From a bacterium (GTDB taxonomy: Bacteria; Bdellovibrionota_C; UBA2361; CALJRW01): a stretch of DNA of 64,000 nt. The notes beneath the pieces are model-generated. The model did not search any database and was not told where the DNA came from. It worked only from the letters and a program-made list of their open reading frames with translations. Every line of letters begins with the position of its first letter. The stretch's first letter is position 1. The stretch covers positions 16,186 through 80,185 of the forward strand of contig JANNBC010000009.1 of the NCBI GenBank assembly GCA_031385045.1, read 5' to 3'. This document shows positions 29,108-42,262 of this stretch, piece after piece. A program made the translations under genes and the position numbers.

Positions 29108-29420
29108 TATAGTTCTCCTATTTTTTGTTGATATGACTTCGATAGGTCAGGCCCAAGAAAATTATTGGGATATTGAAAACTACTTAATTTTTGACTCGGG
29201 TAGCAATTTTGATTTTTAAGCTTTGACTTAAAAATCAAAATCGCCGGCCGCTATAGACTAAGGAGTTTTGTAACTGACTAATCGAAAAGTCACTAAATTT
29301 TATGTTGTTATTGACTAGTTGGAAACCCAGTAAATTTGAATTTCCAACTAGCCCGCATTGATTATCTTGATTAATAATAGACCTGAGATCGGTATTATTT
29401 TCAAGAAATATTCTCTGAAA

Positions 29421-29690
29421 CTACTTACGAATTCCTAATTTGCCAATTAAAGCAGTATATCGCTCGTAGCTTTCACCTTTTAAGTAAGCTAACAATCTTT
29501 TACGACGAGAAATGATTGCCATCATCCCTTTCTTAGAATGGTGATCCTTAGCATTGGAATTAAAATGACCAGTAAGGTTATTAATTCTTTCTGTTAGCAT
29601 AGCAACTTGTACTTCAACTGAACCAGTATCAGTTGCATGATGACCATGATCGGCCATTACTTTTTTCTTATCAGAGTTTGTGAAAGACAT
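29421..29690 (-). CDS. rpsO: 30S ribosomal protein S15
   Basis: DTGSVEVQVAMLTERI..LT.HF...KDHHS; upstream of pnp. Confidence 0.96.
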   Translation of the reverse strand: MSFTNSDKKKVMADHGHHATDTGSVEVQVAMLTERINNLTGHFNSNAKDHHSKKGMMAIISRRKRLLAYLKGESYERYTALIGKLGIRK

Positions 29691-29968
29691 ATTTAGTTTA
29701 TGTAATTATAATAAACACCTGCAACCTAATAAATCGGCAGAGCCAGATTCAAAGCAACAGAGAGGGCAAACTACCAGGAAATACATTTTTTCTATCTAGT
29801 TTGGGCAAATTATTAACAATTTAAGGCCTTTAAGTCAATAGTTGGGCAAAGGCCTTAAAATAGCGAAGTTCTTCTTTTGCCCCTCTAATCTTACTCCCCG
29901 ACATCCCTGATACCTGAAAAACAAATCCCCTTGTCCTAATGCTAATGTCACTCTAAATTTAGCAAACT

Positions 29969-30910
29969 ATGTCCAAAAACTTCCTTAATATCCTAGACCA
30001 TGATCGCAACATATTGATTAATCTCATTAATTCTGCGTTGGAGTTTAAACAAAAAACGTCTCAGGGAACTCGTGTGGAACCGAAGTATCAGGGAATGTCG
30101 GCCGCCTTAGTGTTTGAAAAGCCCTCTTTAAGGACAAAAATTACATTTGAGCTGGCCTGTACCTATTTTGGGATTACCCCTATTTTCCTATCTAGTTCCC
30201 AGATTCTTGCCAGCGGTAATAACCAACAAGGTCGAGAGTCAATTCCCGATATTGGTCGAAACCTAGAGAGATTTGTCGATGTGATCATCGCCCGAGTTTA
30301 TCAACATGAAGGACTATTAGAATTATCGGACTCAGTGAAGTGCCCCGTAATTAATGCCCTTTGCGATCGCTATCACCCAACTCAAGCAATCGCCGACTTA
30401 ACGGCAATCAAATGGCATAAAAAATCTTTTGATAATTTAAAGGTGACGTTTATTGGAGATGGCAACAATGTCGCAACTTCCCTACTACATTGCTGTGCCC
30501 TACTAGGTATTAATTTTACGATTGCCTCACCACCAGGCTATGAGATTAACTCTAAAGAAAAAAGCTTCGTAGAAACTATCGCGGAAGAGACGGGTTCTAA
30601 ATTAGCATTTATTACAGACCCACAAGAAGCTATAAAAAATTCTGATGTAATTTACACCGATACTTTTACATCTATGGGACAAGAAGCCGAACATCAACTG
30701 CGTTTAAAAGCTTTTGCTAATTATCAAGTTAATCAAAAGTTACTGTCTCTAGCTAAGGTTGATTGTTTATTTATGCACTGCCTACCAGCACACCGTGGTG
30801 AAGAAGTTAGTGACGAAGTGATGGATGGAACGAACTCGATTATTTTTGATCAGGCAGAGTGCAAATTACATGCCGCCAAAGCTGTGATTGATTGGATCTT
30901 AAGCAAATAA
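29969..30910 (+). CDS. argF: Ornithine carbamoyltransferase family protein
   Basis: FEKPSLRT, HPTQAIAD, GDGNNV, SMG, FMHCLPAHRGEE; the C-terminal ENR motif reads ECK. Confidence 0.85.
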   Translation: MSKNFLNILDHDRNILINLINSALEFKQKTSQGTRVEPKYQGMSAALVFEKPSLRTKITFELACTYFGITPIFLSSSQILASGNNQQGRESIPDIGRNLERFVDVIIARVYQHEGLLELSDSVKCPVINALCDRYHPTQAIADLTAIKWHKKSFDNLKVTFIGDGNNVATSLLHCCALLGINFTIASPPGYEINSKEKSFVETIAEETGSKLAFITDPQEAIKNSDVIYTDTFTSMGQEAEHQLRLKAFANYQVNQKLLSLAKVDCLFMHCLPAHRGEEVSDEVMDGTNSIIFDQAECKLHAAKAVIDWILSK

Positions 30911-30918
30911 TTTAGCAC

Positions 30919-32103
30919 ATGAAAAATATTTATGACGTAATTGTAGTTGGCCTTGGGGCAGTAGGAAGTTTCACAATATTTCAACTCTCAAAAAGCAACA
31001 AGAAAATCTTAGGATTAGATCAATACTCACCTCCACATACTTTAGGCTCTAGCCATGGAGAAACGCGGATCACAAGACAAGCTATTGGCGAAGGCGCAAG
31101 TTATATTCCAATAGTCCTCAGATCAAATGAAATCTGGGCAGAACTAGAAAAATTAGCTGGGGCAAATTTGTATAAACCTTGTGGTGGATTAATCTACGGT
31201 TCCCTAGATAGTAAAGTTATCAATCATGGTTGTTCCGATTTTATGAACAATACAATTTCACTTGCAAAGGAATTTAACATTGAACATAAGCTTTTTAATT
31301 CCAGAGAACTGAAAGATAATTTCCCTCAATTTGAGTTTTCCCCTGAAGAAATAGGCTATTATGAACCAAAAGCTGGATATTTGATCCCAGAAAAGTGTAT
31401 CCAAATTCAGCTCGAACTTGCAAAACAAAATGGCAGTGTCATCTTACCAAATACGCCTATTAAATCATTTGAAACGAAAAATGGTTTAGTAATATTAGAA
31501 ACCGATAATGAAGAGTTTTATGCCGAGCAAGTAATTATCTGTTCGGGAAATTGGATGTCTTCCTTGCTTAAAATGCAAACAGCTAATATTTTTCAAGTTA
31601 CTCGGCAAATCCTCTATTGGTTTGAAGGTAAATTACCAATAAATAATTACTACGAAGATAAAATGCCAATTTTTATCAAGATTGGTAACCAATTAGAAGA
31701 TTCTTTTTATGGATTTCCCGCTGTTCAAGGGATGACACCAGGAATAAAATTGGCAACAGAGCAAAGTATATCTTCAAAAACCCCAGAAGAAGTTGATCTA
31801 GTCGTGTCGGCAGATGAGATCAATAAATTCTATGAATCATTTAACAAATCTATTAAAATTAAGAATAATTGTATTAAATCACATGTCTGTTGTTATACAA
31901 CGACTCCAGACTCTGGGTTTGTGATCGATTACCTTCCAAATCAACCGCAAGTTCTAATAGCTTCTTGCTGTTCGGGGCATGGATTTAAACATTCAGCAGC
32001 AATCGGAGAGATTCTTGCGGAAATTTCTCTTTTAGGAAAAAGTAAAATTTCTATAAAGGACTTTAGCTTAAGCAGATTTAACAATTTTACGAATAGCAAT
32101 TAA
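30919..32103 (+). CDS. solA: N-methyl-L-tryptophan oxidase / monomeric sarcosine oxidase family
   Basis: VVGLGAVGS, GSSHGETRITR, CYTTTPD, SGHGFK. Confidence 0.88.
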   Translation: MKNIYDVIVVGLGAVGSFTIFQLSKSNKKILGLDQYSPPHTLGSSHGETRITRQAIGEGASYIPIVLRSNEIWAELEKLAGANLYKPCGGLIYGSLDSKVINHGCSDFMNNTISLAKEFNIEHKLFNSRELKDNFPQFEFSPEEIGYYEPKAGYLIPEKCIQIQLELAKQNGSVILPNTPIKSFETKNGLVILETDNEEFYAEQVIICSGNWMSSLLKMQTANIFQVTRQILYWFEGKLPINNYYEDKMPIFIKIGNQLEDSFYGFPAVQGMTPGIKLATEQSISSKTPEEVDLVVSADEINKFYESFNKSIKIKNNCIKSHVCCYTTTPDSGFVIDYLPNQPQVLIASCCSGHGFKHSAAIGEILAEISLLGKSKISIKDFSLSRFNNFTNSN

Positions 32104-32113
32104 AAAAGTAATT

Positions 32114-33151
32114 CTATAAGCGACGTAACCCATCTTCTTTCATTGGATTAGGAATCTCTTCGTCTAGCTGATTAATTTTGCGAAGCATTGATTTATCAAT
32201 TTCTAAGTTGGCACCTTGCATGCTCTCGGCTAATTGGCTGATGCTATTAGCACCAACAATCGTAGAAGCCACAAAATCATGCTGCTTGCTCCAAGCAAGT
32301 GCCAAGGCTGAAACTGGTACATTAATCTCCTTAGCCAGCTCCATGATTCTAATTGTGGTAGCAATAGTTCGGTCATTTACAAAACGCCTAGCCATTTTCT
32401 GTTGGCGCTTAGCACCTTCTTTTAAGTAATGAGTGAATCTAGCTCCTTCCGGAAAAGATTCGTTATACTTACCAGTTAAAACTCCACCACCTAGCGGTGA
32501 GTAAGGTAGTAGGCTAACTCCTTCATTGCGGCAGACCTGAGCTAGCTCGCTTTCGGCACGGCGATTAATTAAGCTAAAATTATTCTGAACTGTATCAAAA
32601 CGAATTAATTTATGATTCTCTGATGCTTGTAAACTTTTCATCACCCCCCAAGAGGTTTCATTACTACATCCAGCAACACGAATTTTACCAGTTTTTTTCA
32701 GTTGATCTAAAGCACCTAAAGTTTCCTCATAGGGAATTCCATGATCGGGCCAATGGGTTTGATAAAGATCTAGGTAATCAGTATTTAAACGACGAAGGCT
32801 TCCCTCGACTGCTTTAATAATTTGGTGTTGATCTAAGGTAGTCTTGCCATTTCTAATTGGTGGAGTAAACCAACCATGAGCTGGGCCGGCAATCTTAGAA
32901 GCAATAATTACACTATCTCGAGGTTTAGTTTTAAGCCATTCGCCAATAATTTCTTCGGATCTTCCAGCATAATCAAACTGTGGTGGCACGGGATAAAGTT
33001 CTGCCGTATCAAAAAAATCGATTCCTTGATCATAAGCATAATCCATAATTGCCAGAGATTCTTTTAGATCACAACGAGTTCCAAAAGTCATTGTTCCTAA
33101 ACAAACCGAGGAAACTACTAAACCACTACGACCAAGTCGGCGACGTTCCAT
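32114..33151 (-). CDS. Aldo/keto reductase, Tas-like
   Basis: CLGTMTFG, DTAELYPVPP, DLYQTHWP, SNETSWG, YSPLGGG. Confidence 0.92.
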   Translation of the reverse strand: MERRRLGRSGLVVSSVCLGTMTFGTRCDLKESLAIMDYAYDQGIDFFDTAELYPVPPQFDYAGRSEEIIGEWLKTKPRDSVIIASKIAGPAHGWFTPPIRNGKTTLDQHQIIKAVEGSLRRLNTDYLDLYQTHWPDHGIPYEETLGALDQLKKTGKIRVAGCSNETSWGVMKSLQASENHKLIRFDTVQNNFSLINRRAESELAQVCRNEGVSLLPYSPLGGGVLTGKYNESFPEGARFTHYLKEGAKRQQKMARRFVNDRTIATTIRIMELAKEINVPVSALALAWSKQHDFVASTIVGANSISQLAESMQGANLEIDKSMLRKINQLDEEIPNPMKEDGLRRL

Positions 33152-33156
33152 AATAT

Positions 33157-34194
33157 TTACTTGATAATAAACTTTGCGGCTTCTAACAAATCCATAGAGA
33201 TGTAATCAGCTTGTACTTCATATAGATTGTCACTGCCAGCATTACCAGTCTGAACTAAAATAGTTTTGCAGCCAGCATCTCTTCCCATTTTAATATCTCC
33301 ACTGGAATCACCTATGACAACAGAATTTTTTAGATCCAGATTAAGTTCTTTTTCGGCACGTCGGATTAAACCTAAATTTGGCTTCCGACAGTCCGTACCA
33401 GCAGCTTTGGTGTATGGAGAAAAATATATTTTATCTACTAAGATACCCTCTGCACTTAATAATTTTAGCATCTTTTTATTAACTTTGAATAAGTCTTCAA
33501 ATTGGAAATATCCAAAATCTACCCCTGGCTGATTTGTAATAATCACCACTCGATATCCCGCATCTTGAAAAGCTTTAATCCCAGCAATTGCATTTGCTAA
33601 CAAAACAAATTTATCTGGTTCAAATAAATACTCAACATGCTCATTAATGGTGCCATCACGATCTAAAATTACGGCCTTAGAAAGTGGCAACTTATCTTTT
33701 GGAGTATAGGCCTGAAGACCTGCAGAATATTTCTCTAAAATAGAATTAATAATTTCAGAACTTGAGCTTGATTCCACAAGATCAATTAACTTCACTTGCC
33801 CACCATAACTTTCCACTATTGGGGCAGAGCTTAAAGTTTTCTTACTGTAATCTGCCGCCTTAATATAAAAGTCCGGCTTTAGCTGAGAAATATTTTCATT
33901 GTTATTTAATTCATCAAAAATAAAAACATAATCTACAGACTCTAGTCCAGCAACAACTTTGGCTCGTGACTCAGCTGGAACAATCGGCCGCAGTTCACTT
34001 TTATAAGCTTTAATTGAGGCATCGGAGTTAACTCCCACAACTAAGCACTGACAAAGCTCCTTAGCTTTATTTAAATAATCAACATGCCCTGGGTGAATTA
34101 AATCAAAACTTCCAGAGGTAAAGCCAACTTGACTCGGACGATTAGTTTTAAAAAGTTCTAGCAATCCTTCACGTGTAATAATTTTATTTCTCAT
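33157..34194 (-). CDS. Fused heptose-1-phosphate nucleotidyltransferase (HldC / RfaE domain II) and heptose-bisphosphate phosphatase (GmhB)
   Basis: N-half GSFDLIHPGH, GVNSDAS; C-half LDRDGTIN, ITNQPG, CRKP, IGD. Confidence 0.88.
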   Translation of the reverse strand: MRNKIITREGLLELFKTNRPSQVGFTSGSFDLIHPGHVDYLNKAKELCQCLVVGVNSDASIKAYKSELRPIVPAESRAKVVAGLESVDYVFIFDELNNNENISQLKPDFYIKAADYSKKTLSSAPIVESYGGQVKLIDLVESSSSSEIINSILEKYSAGLQAYTPKDKLPLSKAVILDRDGTINEHVEYLFEPDKFVLLANAIAGIKAFQDAGYRVVIITNQPGVDFGYFQFEDLFKVNKKMLKLLSAEGILVDKIYFSPYTKAAGTDCRKPNLGLIRRAEKELNLDLKNSVVIGDSSGDIKMGRDAGCKTILVQTGNAGSDNLYEVQADYISMDLLEAAKFIIK

Positions 34195-34532
34195 TTCTCT
34201 AGTCCTTTCTGAGCAATTTCATATAAGAGCGTATAAGGATAAATGCCACTGTCATGCCCATCTGCCCAACGAATCCCAATTGCATAATTACCAACTCCCC
34301 AAATTTCTTGGAGAGATGTCTGTTCATCTGCTGTATGCATAATTACCTTCAAACTACTTTTCTTAGGAGTGAGCGGTGTATCATGAGACAAATCTCCTCT
34401 TTCTAATTTACTATCTGCCGAGGGACAGTTTTGCCTAAGTAACTGACTAGATAGTTGGTGCACTTCACCATTTTGCCAGGTTATTTCTAATCCTTCCGTT
34501 CCTAATCTTTTAATTTTACTGGGAGTAATCAT
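34191..34532 (-). CDS. DUF971 family protein
   Basis: LRQNCPSA...VGNYAIGIRWADGHDSGIY. Confidence 0.88.
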   Translation of the reverse strand: MITPSKIKRLGTEGLEITWQNGEVHQLSSQLLRQNCPSADSKLERGDLSHDTPLTPKKSSLKVIMHTADEQTSLQEIWGVGNYAIGIRWADGHDSGIYPYTLLYEIAQKGLEK

Positions 34533-34537
34533 AACGA

Positions 34538-36013
34538 CTATTCTTGATAAGCTTCAATTAAAGCAGGCATTTCTGCTAATCGTTGCAGTGTTTTTTCCTT
34601 ACCAAGGGCTAAAATTGATTCGGAAAGTGGCGGAGTTGCTTTCTTTCCTGTTACCGCAATTCGCACTACTGGAAAAACTTGTCCAGTTTTCAATCCTGAT
34701 TCAGCAACAACTTCTTCCAATGCTTTGTGAATAGAATCGACAGTAAAAACTGCCACGCTGGAAAACTTCTGAGCAACAACTTCTACAACCTGCTTAGCAA
34801 TCTCTTTGTTAACATTCTTGTTAAAGATGGCATTCATTTCGCGAGGCAGATCATTAAGACAAAGAAACTCAATGTTTTCTATGATTTCTGGCAATGTCTT
34901 AATTCGCTCTTGAACATGGGGAGCAATAATTTCCCAAGATTTGGCAGGACAACTTGTAATATATTTATTTGCTAACTCCGTAAATTTTTCGGAACTTAAG
35001 GAACGTAGGTAGACACCATTCATCCATTGTAATTTTGCTGGATCAAAAACACCGCCAGAAGAGTTTAGACCATCTAAACTAAATTTTTGAATCAGTTCGT
35101 CCCTTGTAAAGACTTCCTGTTCATCACCAGAACCAACAGACCAACCGATTAAAGAAACATAATTTAACAAAGCTTCCGGTAAAATACCTTGTTCTTCATA
35201 TTGAGTTAAGGCATCGGCACCATGTCGTTTAGAAAGTTTCTTTCCGTCTGGACCTAAGATATGAGATAAGTGAACAAACACAGGTTTTTCCCAGCCAAAA
35301 GCTTCATAAAGCAAAATATGAATTGGCGTTGTTGGTAACCATTCCTCTCCACGAAGGACATGAGTTATTCCCATATAATGATCGTCAACAACTGAAGCTA
35401 AATGATAAGTTGGGAAACCATCGCTCTTTAAAATCACCGGATCACGCAGCGGTGGATTGTCCCAGGTGATTACCCCACGAACAGCATCGTTCATAGAAAG
35501 TTTAATTTGATCTGGCAAGCGAAAGCGAACAACTGTCTTGGCACCTGCGGGTAAATTCCTTGTACGACAATATCCACTATAACCGGGACGTTCGCGACGA
35601 GCCATTTGCTCTAAACGTTCAATCTCTAATCGTTCCGAAGAACAATCACAACGGTATGCCTTACCCTCAGAGATTAATCGCTCTACTTCTTTTTGATACA
35701 AAGAAAGTCGCTCACTTTGAATATAAGGACCGACCTTGCCCGCTTCCACTGGAGCAAATTCAGAAAATTCATTAATTGCTTTTAAATCAGCCTGATTTGG
35801 CCCTTCATCATAATCTATTCCTAACCAATGTAAGGAATCAACTAAGTATTTAATAGCTCCAGGAACTAATCTTTCCCGGTCAGTATCTTCAATTCGAAGT
35901 AGAAATTGACCACCATTTTGCTTAGCTAAAAGCCAAGCGTACATCGCGGTTCGAAAACCACCAATATGTTGAAATCCTGTCGGGCTGGGAGCGAAACGAG
36001 TTCTAACTGTCAT
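34538..36013 (-). CDS. gltX: Glutamate-tRNA ligase
   Basis: RFAPSPTGFQHIG, LRIEDTD, PTYHLASVVDD, KLSKRHG. Confidence 0.97.
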   Translation of the reverse strand: MTVRTRFAPSPTGFQHIGGFRTAMYAWLLAKQNGGQFLLRIEDTDRERLVPGAIKYLVDSLHWLGIDYDEGPNQADLKAINEFSEFAPVEAGKVGPYIQSERLSLYQKEVERLISEGKAYRCDCSSERLEIERLEQMARRERPGYSGYCRTRNLPAGAKTVVRFRLPDQIKLSMNDAVRGVITWDNPPLRDPVILKSDGFPTYHLASVVDDHYMGITHVLRGEEWLPTTPIHILLYEAFGWEKPVFVHLSHILGPDGKKLSKRHGADALTQYEEQGILPEALLNYVSLIGWSVGSGDEQEVFTRDELIQKFSLDGLNSSGGVFDPAKLQWMNGVYLRSLSSEKFTELANKYITSCPAKSWEIIAPHVQERIKTLPEIIENIEFLCLNDLPREMNAIFNKNVNKEIAKQVVEVVAQKFSSVAVFTVDSIHKALEEVVAESGLKTGQVFPVVRIAVTGKKATPPLSESILALGKEKTLQRLAEMPALIEAYQE

Positions 36014-36197
36014 AATCTAAATATAATTTAATCAGCTAGAATTATGCCCTTAAAATTCATTTACTGCAATCAATTCAAGTTATTGAAATAAATTCAAACA
36101 GCACCCGGCACTCAGCTAGTTAATTATAGATTTCAAATGCTATATTTTTAAGATTTTTTATAGAATATGGACTACCACAGCTTAAGATACTTGCTAA

Positions 36198-36602
36198 TTA
36201 TGATTTAGCTTGAACTTCCTTACCAACTAAAGATAAAATTGATGCTATTCCAATAGTTATTAAGAGCGCTGGGGCCGCCTCGATTTTCGCTAAAGCTTCT
36301 GGAAATTTCAACATTAGTCCCGTTGCAATGAAATGACCGGCGCAGATATTAAAAGATCGAGGCCCAACCTCCGGACTTCTTACTTGGAGAAATTGAGCGA
36401 TGCCTAGTACAACTACAGCATTTGCAAAGCTTTGCTCGGGGGAAATCCCTAGTTGACTATAATCTTTACCCATATATTTGATGGCAACAAGACTGATTCC
36501 AGCCCCTGAAATTACATCATTCGCTAGACAAACCAGATCATGCACCATCGACTTTGGCTTTGAGGTATGAATTAGTTGATTATAAATAATACCTTTAGAC
36601 AT
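36198..36602 (-). CDS. Hypothetical membrane protein
   Basis: 134-aa ORF with several hydrophobic segments; no motif recognised. Confidence 0.6.
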   Translation of the reverse strand: MSKGIIYNQLIHTSKPKSMVHDLVCLANDVISGAGISLVAIKYMGKDYSQLGISPEQSFANAVVVLGIAQFLQVRSPEVGPRSFNICAGHFIATGLMLKFPEALAKIEAAPALLITIGIASILSLVGKEVQAKS

Positions 36603-36907
36603 AATTTTTAATTATATTTATTGTTAATACCAAACGATCCTTATCCTTTACTTAGCTTAGGCTAAACTAGTTATAATCTGTTTTAAATCTATGTGACATT
36701 TTAAAAGTAGCCCTTAAGTAAGTCTTCTTAGGCCTTTGATCTATTTCAGTCTTTTGCTTTAAAACTCTAATCTCCCCGACTCCGTTCGTAGTGTATATAA
36801 AATGACACATCCTTAAAAAATTGTTAATAACACCTCTGCTGCTTGCAAGCCTTGGCTTTTAAAGTGCCCTATTTGTTTCAGTAATATTAGCTCATTGAAT
36901 TAATCGC

Positions 36908-38845
36908 ATGTCGTTATCGCCAATTATAGAAATTCCTACCCCAGCAATAATCCTTGCTGATATGCAACTTAATGGAGCTCCGCCTGAGGCTGGACGGCCC
37001 AAGGCTGCCCTAAAAGCAATTGAATTAATAGTCTCGGGAGCTAAGGAATATCTTCAGCAATTAGAACCTCAAGTCCAAAGAGATTTATTAATGATTGTGG
37101 ACAAGGTTAGTAAACGAGTTTTATTAAAGAAAAATCTACAGGCCTTGATCAAAGATAATTTTGACGTTACTCAAAAAACAATTGAACCCAAAGTTCATTC
37201 TAAATTATTAGAATTTGGTGCTGAACTTGCTAAGATAATTGAAAACCGTGCTCCTAAATTACTAGAATTAGGATTTAAACCGGAGCAAATAGGCAATGCT
37301 TTGGTCAAGATGAATTTCGATCAAATTGAGCAATGTTTTGTGAATCAACATTTTTTAGTTGCTGGAAAGATAGAGGCTAGTCGAGTTGATTCAATTTTAA
37401 ATGCCCGTGATGCACTAGAACTTTATCAACGCTTTGCAAAGACTTATCAGCAACCGGAGCTTGGACCTTTAGCTGTGCATCAAAGAATTGTATTAGTGCG
37501 AAGTTCCGAACTGGCAAATGAGAGGATCGCTGTAGCTAAGGATATTTTATCAGCTGGATTTGAATCCAGCATAGCTTTAGACTATGCCTTAGCAAATCAG
37601 GAAGAGCGAGCTTGGTTTAATCGAAAAATCCAAGAACCGATATTTTTCACTAGCCCCTCAGCTCTAATCCGGTTAGCAAAAACAGAGCCGGAGCAAAGAG
37701 AGAAAGACTTACAGAAAATAGTTAATTTTATCTTGCACGGGGCGACGGCTACTGATGCAATTGGAATAGTTCTACGAAAAGATCTTAAAGAGAATAGTGA
37801 AAGAGCGCTAATGGTCTTTGAGATTGCCCTTGATGCGGGACTAAACTCCACCGCAGCTCTTGATTTTGCATTATCAAAAAAAGGACAACAATCACCCAAC
37901 TCCCGCGTCGGTTCAATCAATACGCTAAAAGCATTGCCGCTTGGATTCTCTGATGAACATATTGTAGCTCTGGTAACGGGAGGACAAAAAAGATACCAAC
38001 CCAATTCAGTCAAAGACAATTCAACTAAAACCGAAGCAGAAAAATTCAAAGATCATTTAACAAAAATGGTTTTAAATAAATTTATGATTGATCGCAAAGA
38101 TCCCGAAGCTTATCAAACAAGAAGGCTATTTGCCAAGCTTGACGTTGTGGAGATGATTGATTTATACAAAGTTTTTTTTAATTCTCAAGAGTTACCAGAC
38201 TTAATTAAAAAAGCTCATCATCAAAATGGACTTTATTCATATATTGATGATCTACTGATCAATCAAGCGGCATTAGATCAACAAAATTTCCAAAAACTAT
38301 GTCGACAATATAAACAGCTAATCAATCAACCGGAACAATTTACCTCAAAAAAATTCTCTCCTGAATTTCAAGAATTAAATCAGGCCTTAAGTGACTTTCT
38401 AATTAGTATTGATCCAGATATCCGTTATCGAGCTAAGCTAACTTTTAATACTTGGCTAGTCGCTGTTGTTAAAAAATATTACACCAAAGCATTAGATCTT
38501 AGCCCTGAAGTTGTAGAAAGTATTATTGACTGGACGATCAATCATTACGATCCAATAAAGCAACAATTAAATGGGAAAAAACCAGTTAATATTCTAAAAT
38601 CATTTGGCGCAGCAATGCAACATTTCTATCATCATTTAATTGAACATAAACTGAGTGAAAACCCGAAAGCACTTAGAGCATATGTTGTCTTTAGTAGGGC
38701 TAAGACCAAGGAAAAGACTAGCGAAGAGCCGATAGCGGATCAAAAGATTTGGGAAACACTCAGAAAGCAACAACCTGGCAATGAAGTGGCAATTAATTTC
38801 GCAGAGGCTATTTATAATGAAGTCAAGGCACTCTACAAGAAATAG
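36908..38845 (+). CDS. Large hypothetical helical protein
   Basis: 645-aa ORF with weak internal xGF...A/I repeats. Confidence 0.75.
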   Translation: MSLSPIIEIPTPAIILADMQLNGAPPEAGRPKAALKAIELIVSGAKEYLQQLEPQVQRDLLMIVDKVSKRVLLKKNLQALIKDNFDVTQKTIEPKVHSKLLEFGAELAKIIENRAPKLLELGFKPEQIGNALVKMNFDQIEQCFVNQHFLVAGKIEASRVDSILNARDALELYQRFAKTYQQPELGPLAVHQRIVLVRSSELANERIAVAKDILSAGFESSIALDYALANQEERAWFNRKIQEPIFFTSPSALIRLAKTEPEQREKDLQKIVNFILHGATATDAIGIVLRKDLKENSERALMVFEIALDAGLNSTAALDFALSKKGQQSPNSRVGSINTLKALPLGFSDEHIVALVTGGQKRYQPNSVKDNSTKTEAEKFKDHLTKMVLNKFMIDRKDPEAYQTRRLFAKLDVVEMIDLYKVFFNSQELPDLIKKAHHQNGLYSYIDDLLINQAALDQQNFQKLCRQYKQLINQPEQFTSKKFSPEFQELNQALSDFLISIDPDIRYRAKLTFNTWLVAVVKKYYTKALDLSPEVVESIIDWTINHYDPIKQQLNGKKPVNILKSFGAAMQHFYHHLIEHKLSENPKALRAYVVFSRAKTKEKTSEEPIADQKIWETLRKQQPGNEVAINFAEAIYNEVKALYKK

Positions 38846-38883
38846 CATTTATAGTAAGTCCAAAAAGTAATTTCCGTTAAGAA

Positions 38884-42104
<3,221 letters not shown>

Positions 42105-42262
42105 CGGAGAATGTTATATCAAGCAAGGACTGTTTTTACCAGTCGTGCATTATTTTACTTAGTGCTTTTAATCACTTAAGAAAAGAAACTGAATATTAAA
42201 GGAATGCATCTTATCATTCTAACTACTTATATGCATTAATGATTGCTTAAAAGATCTTTTTA

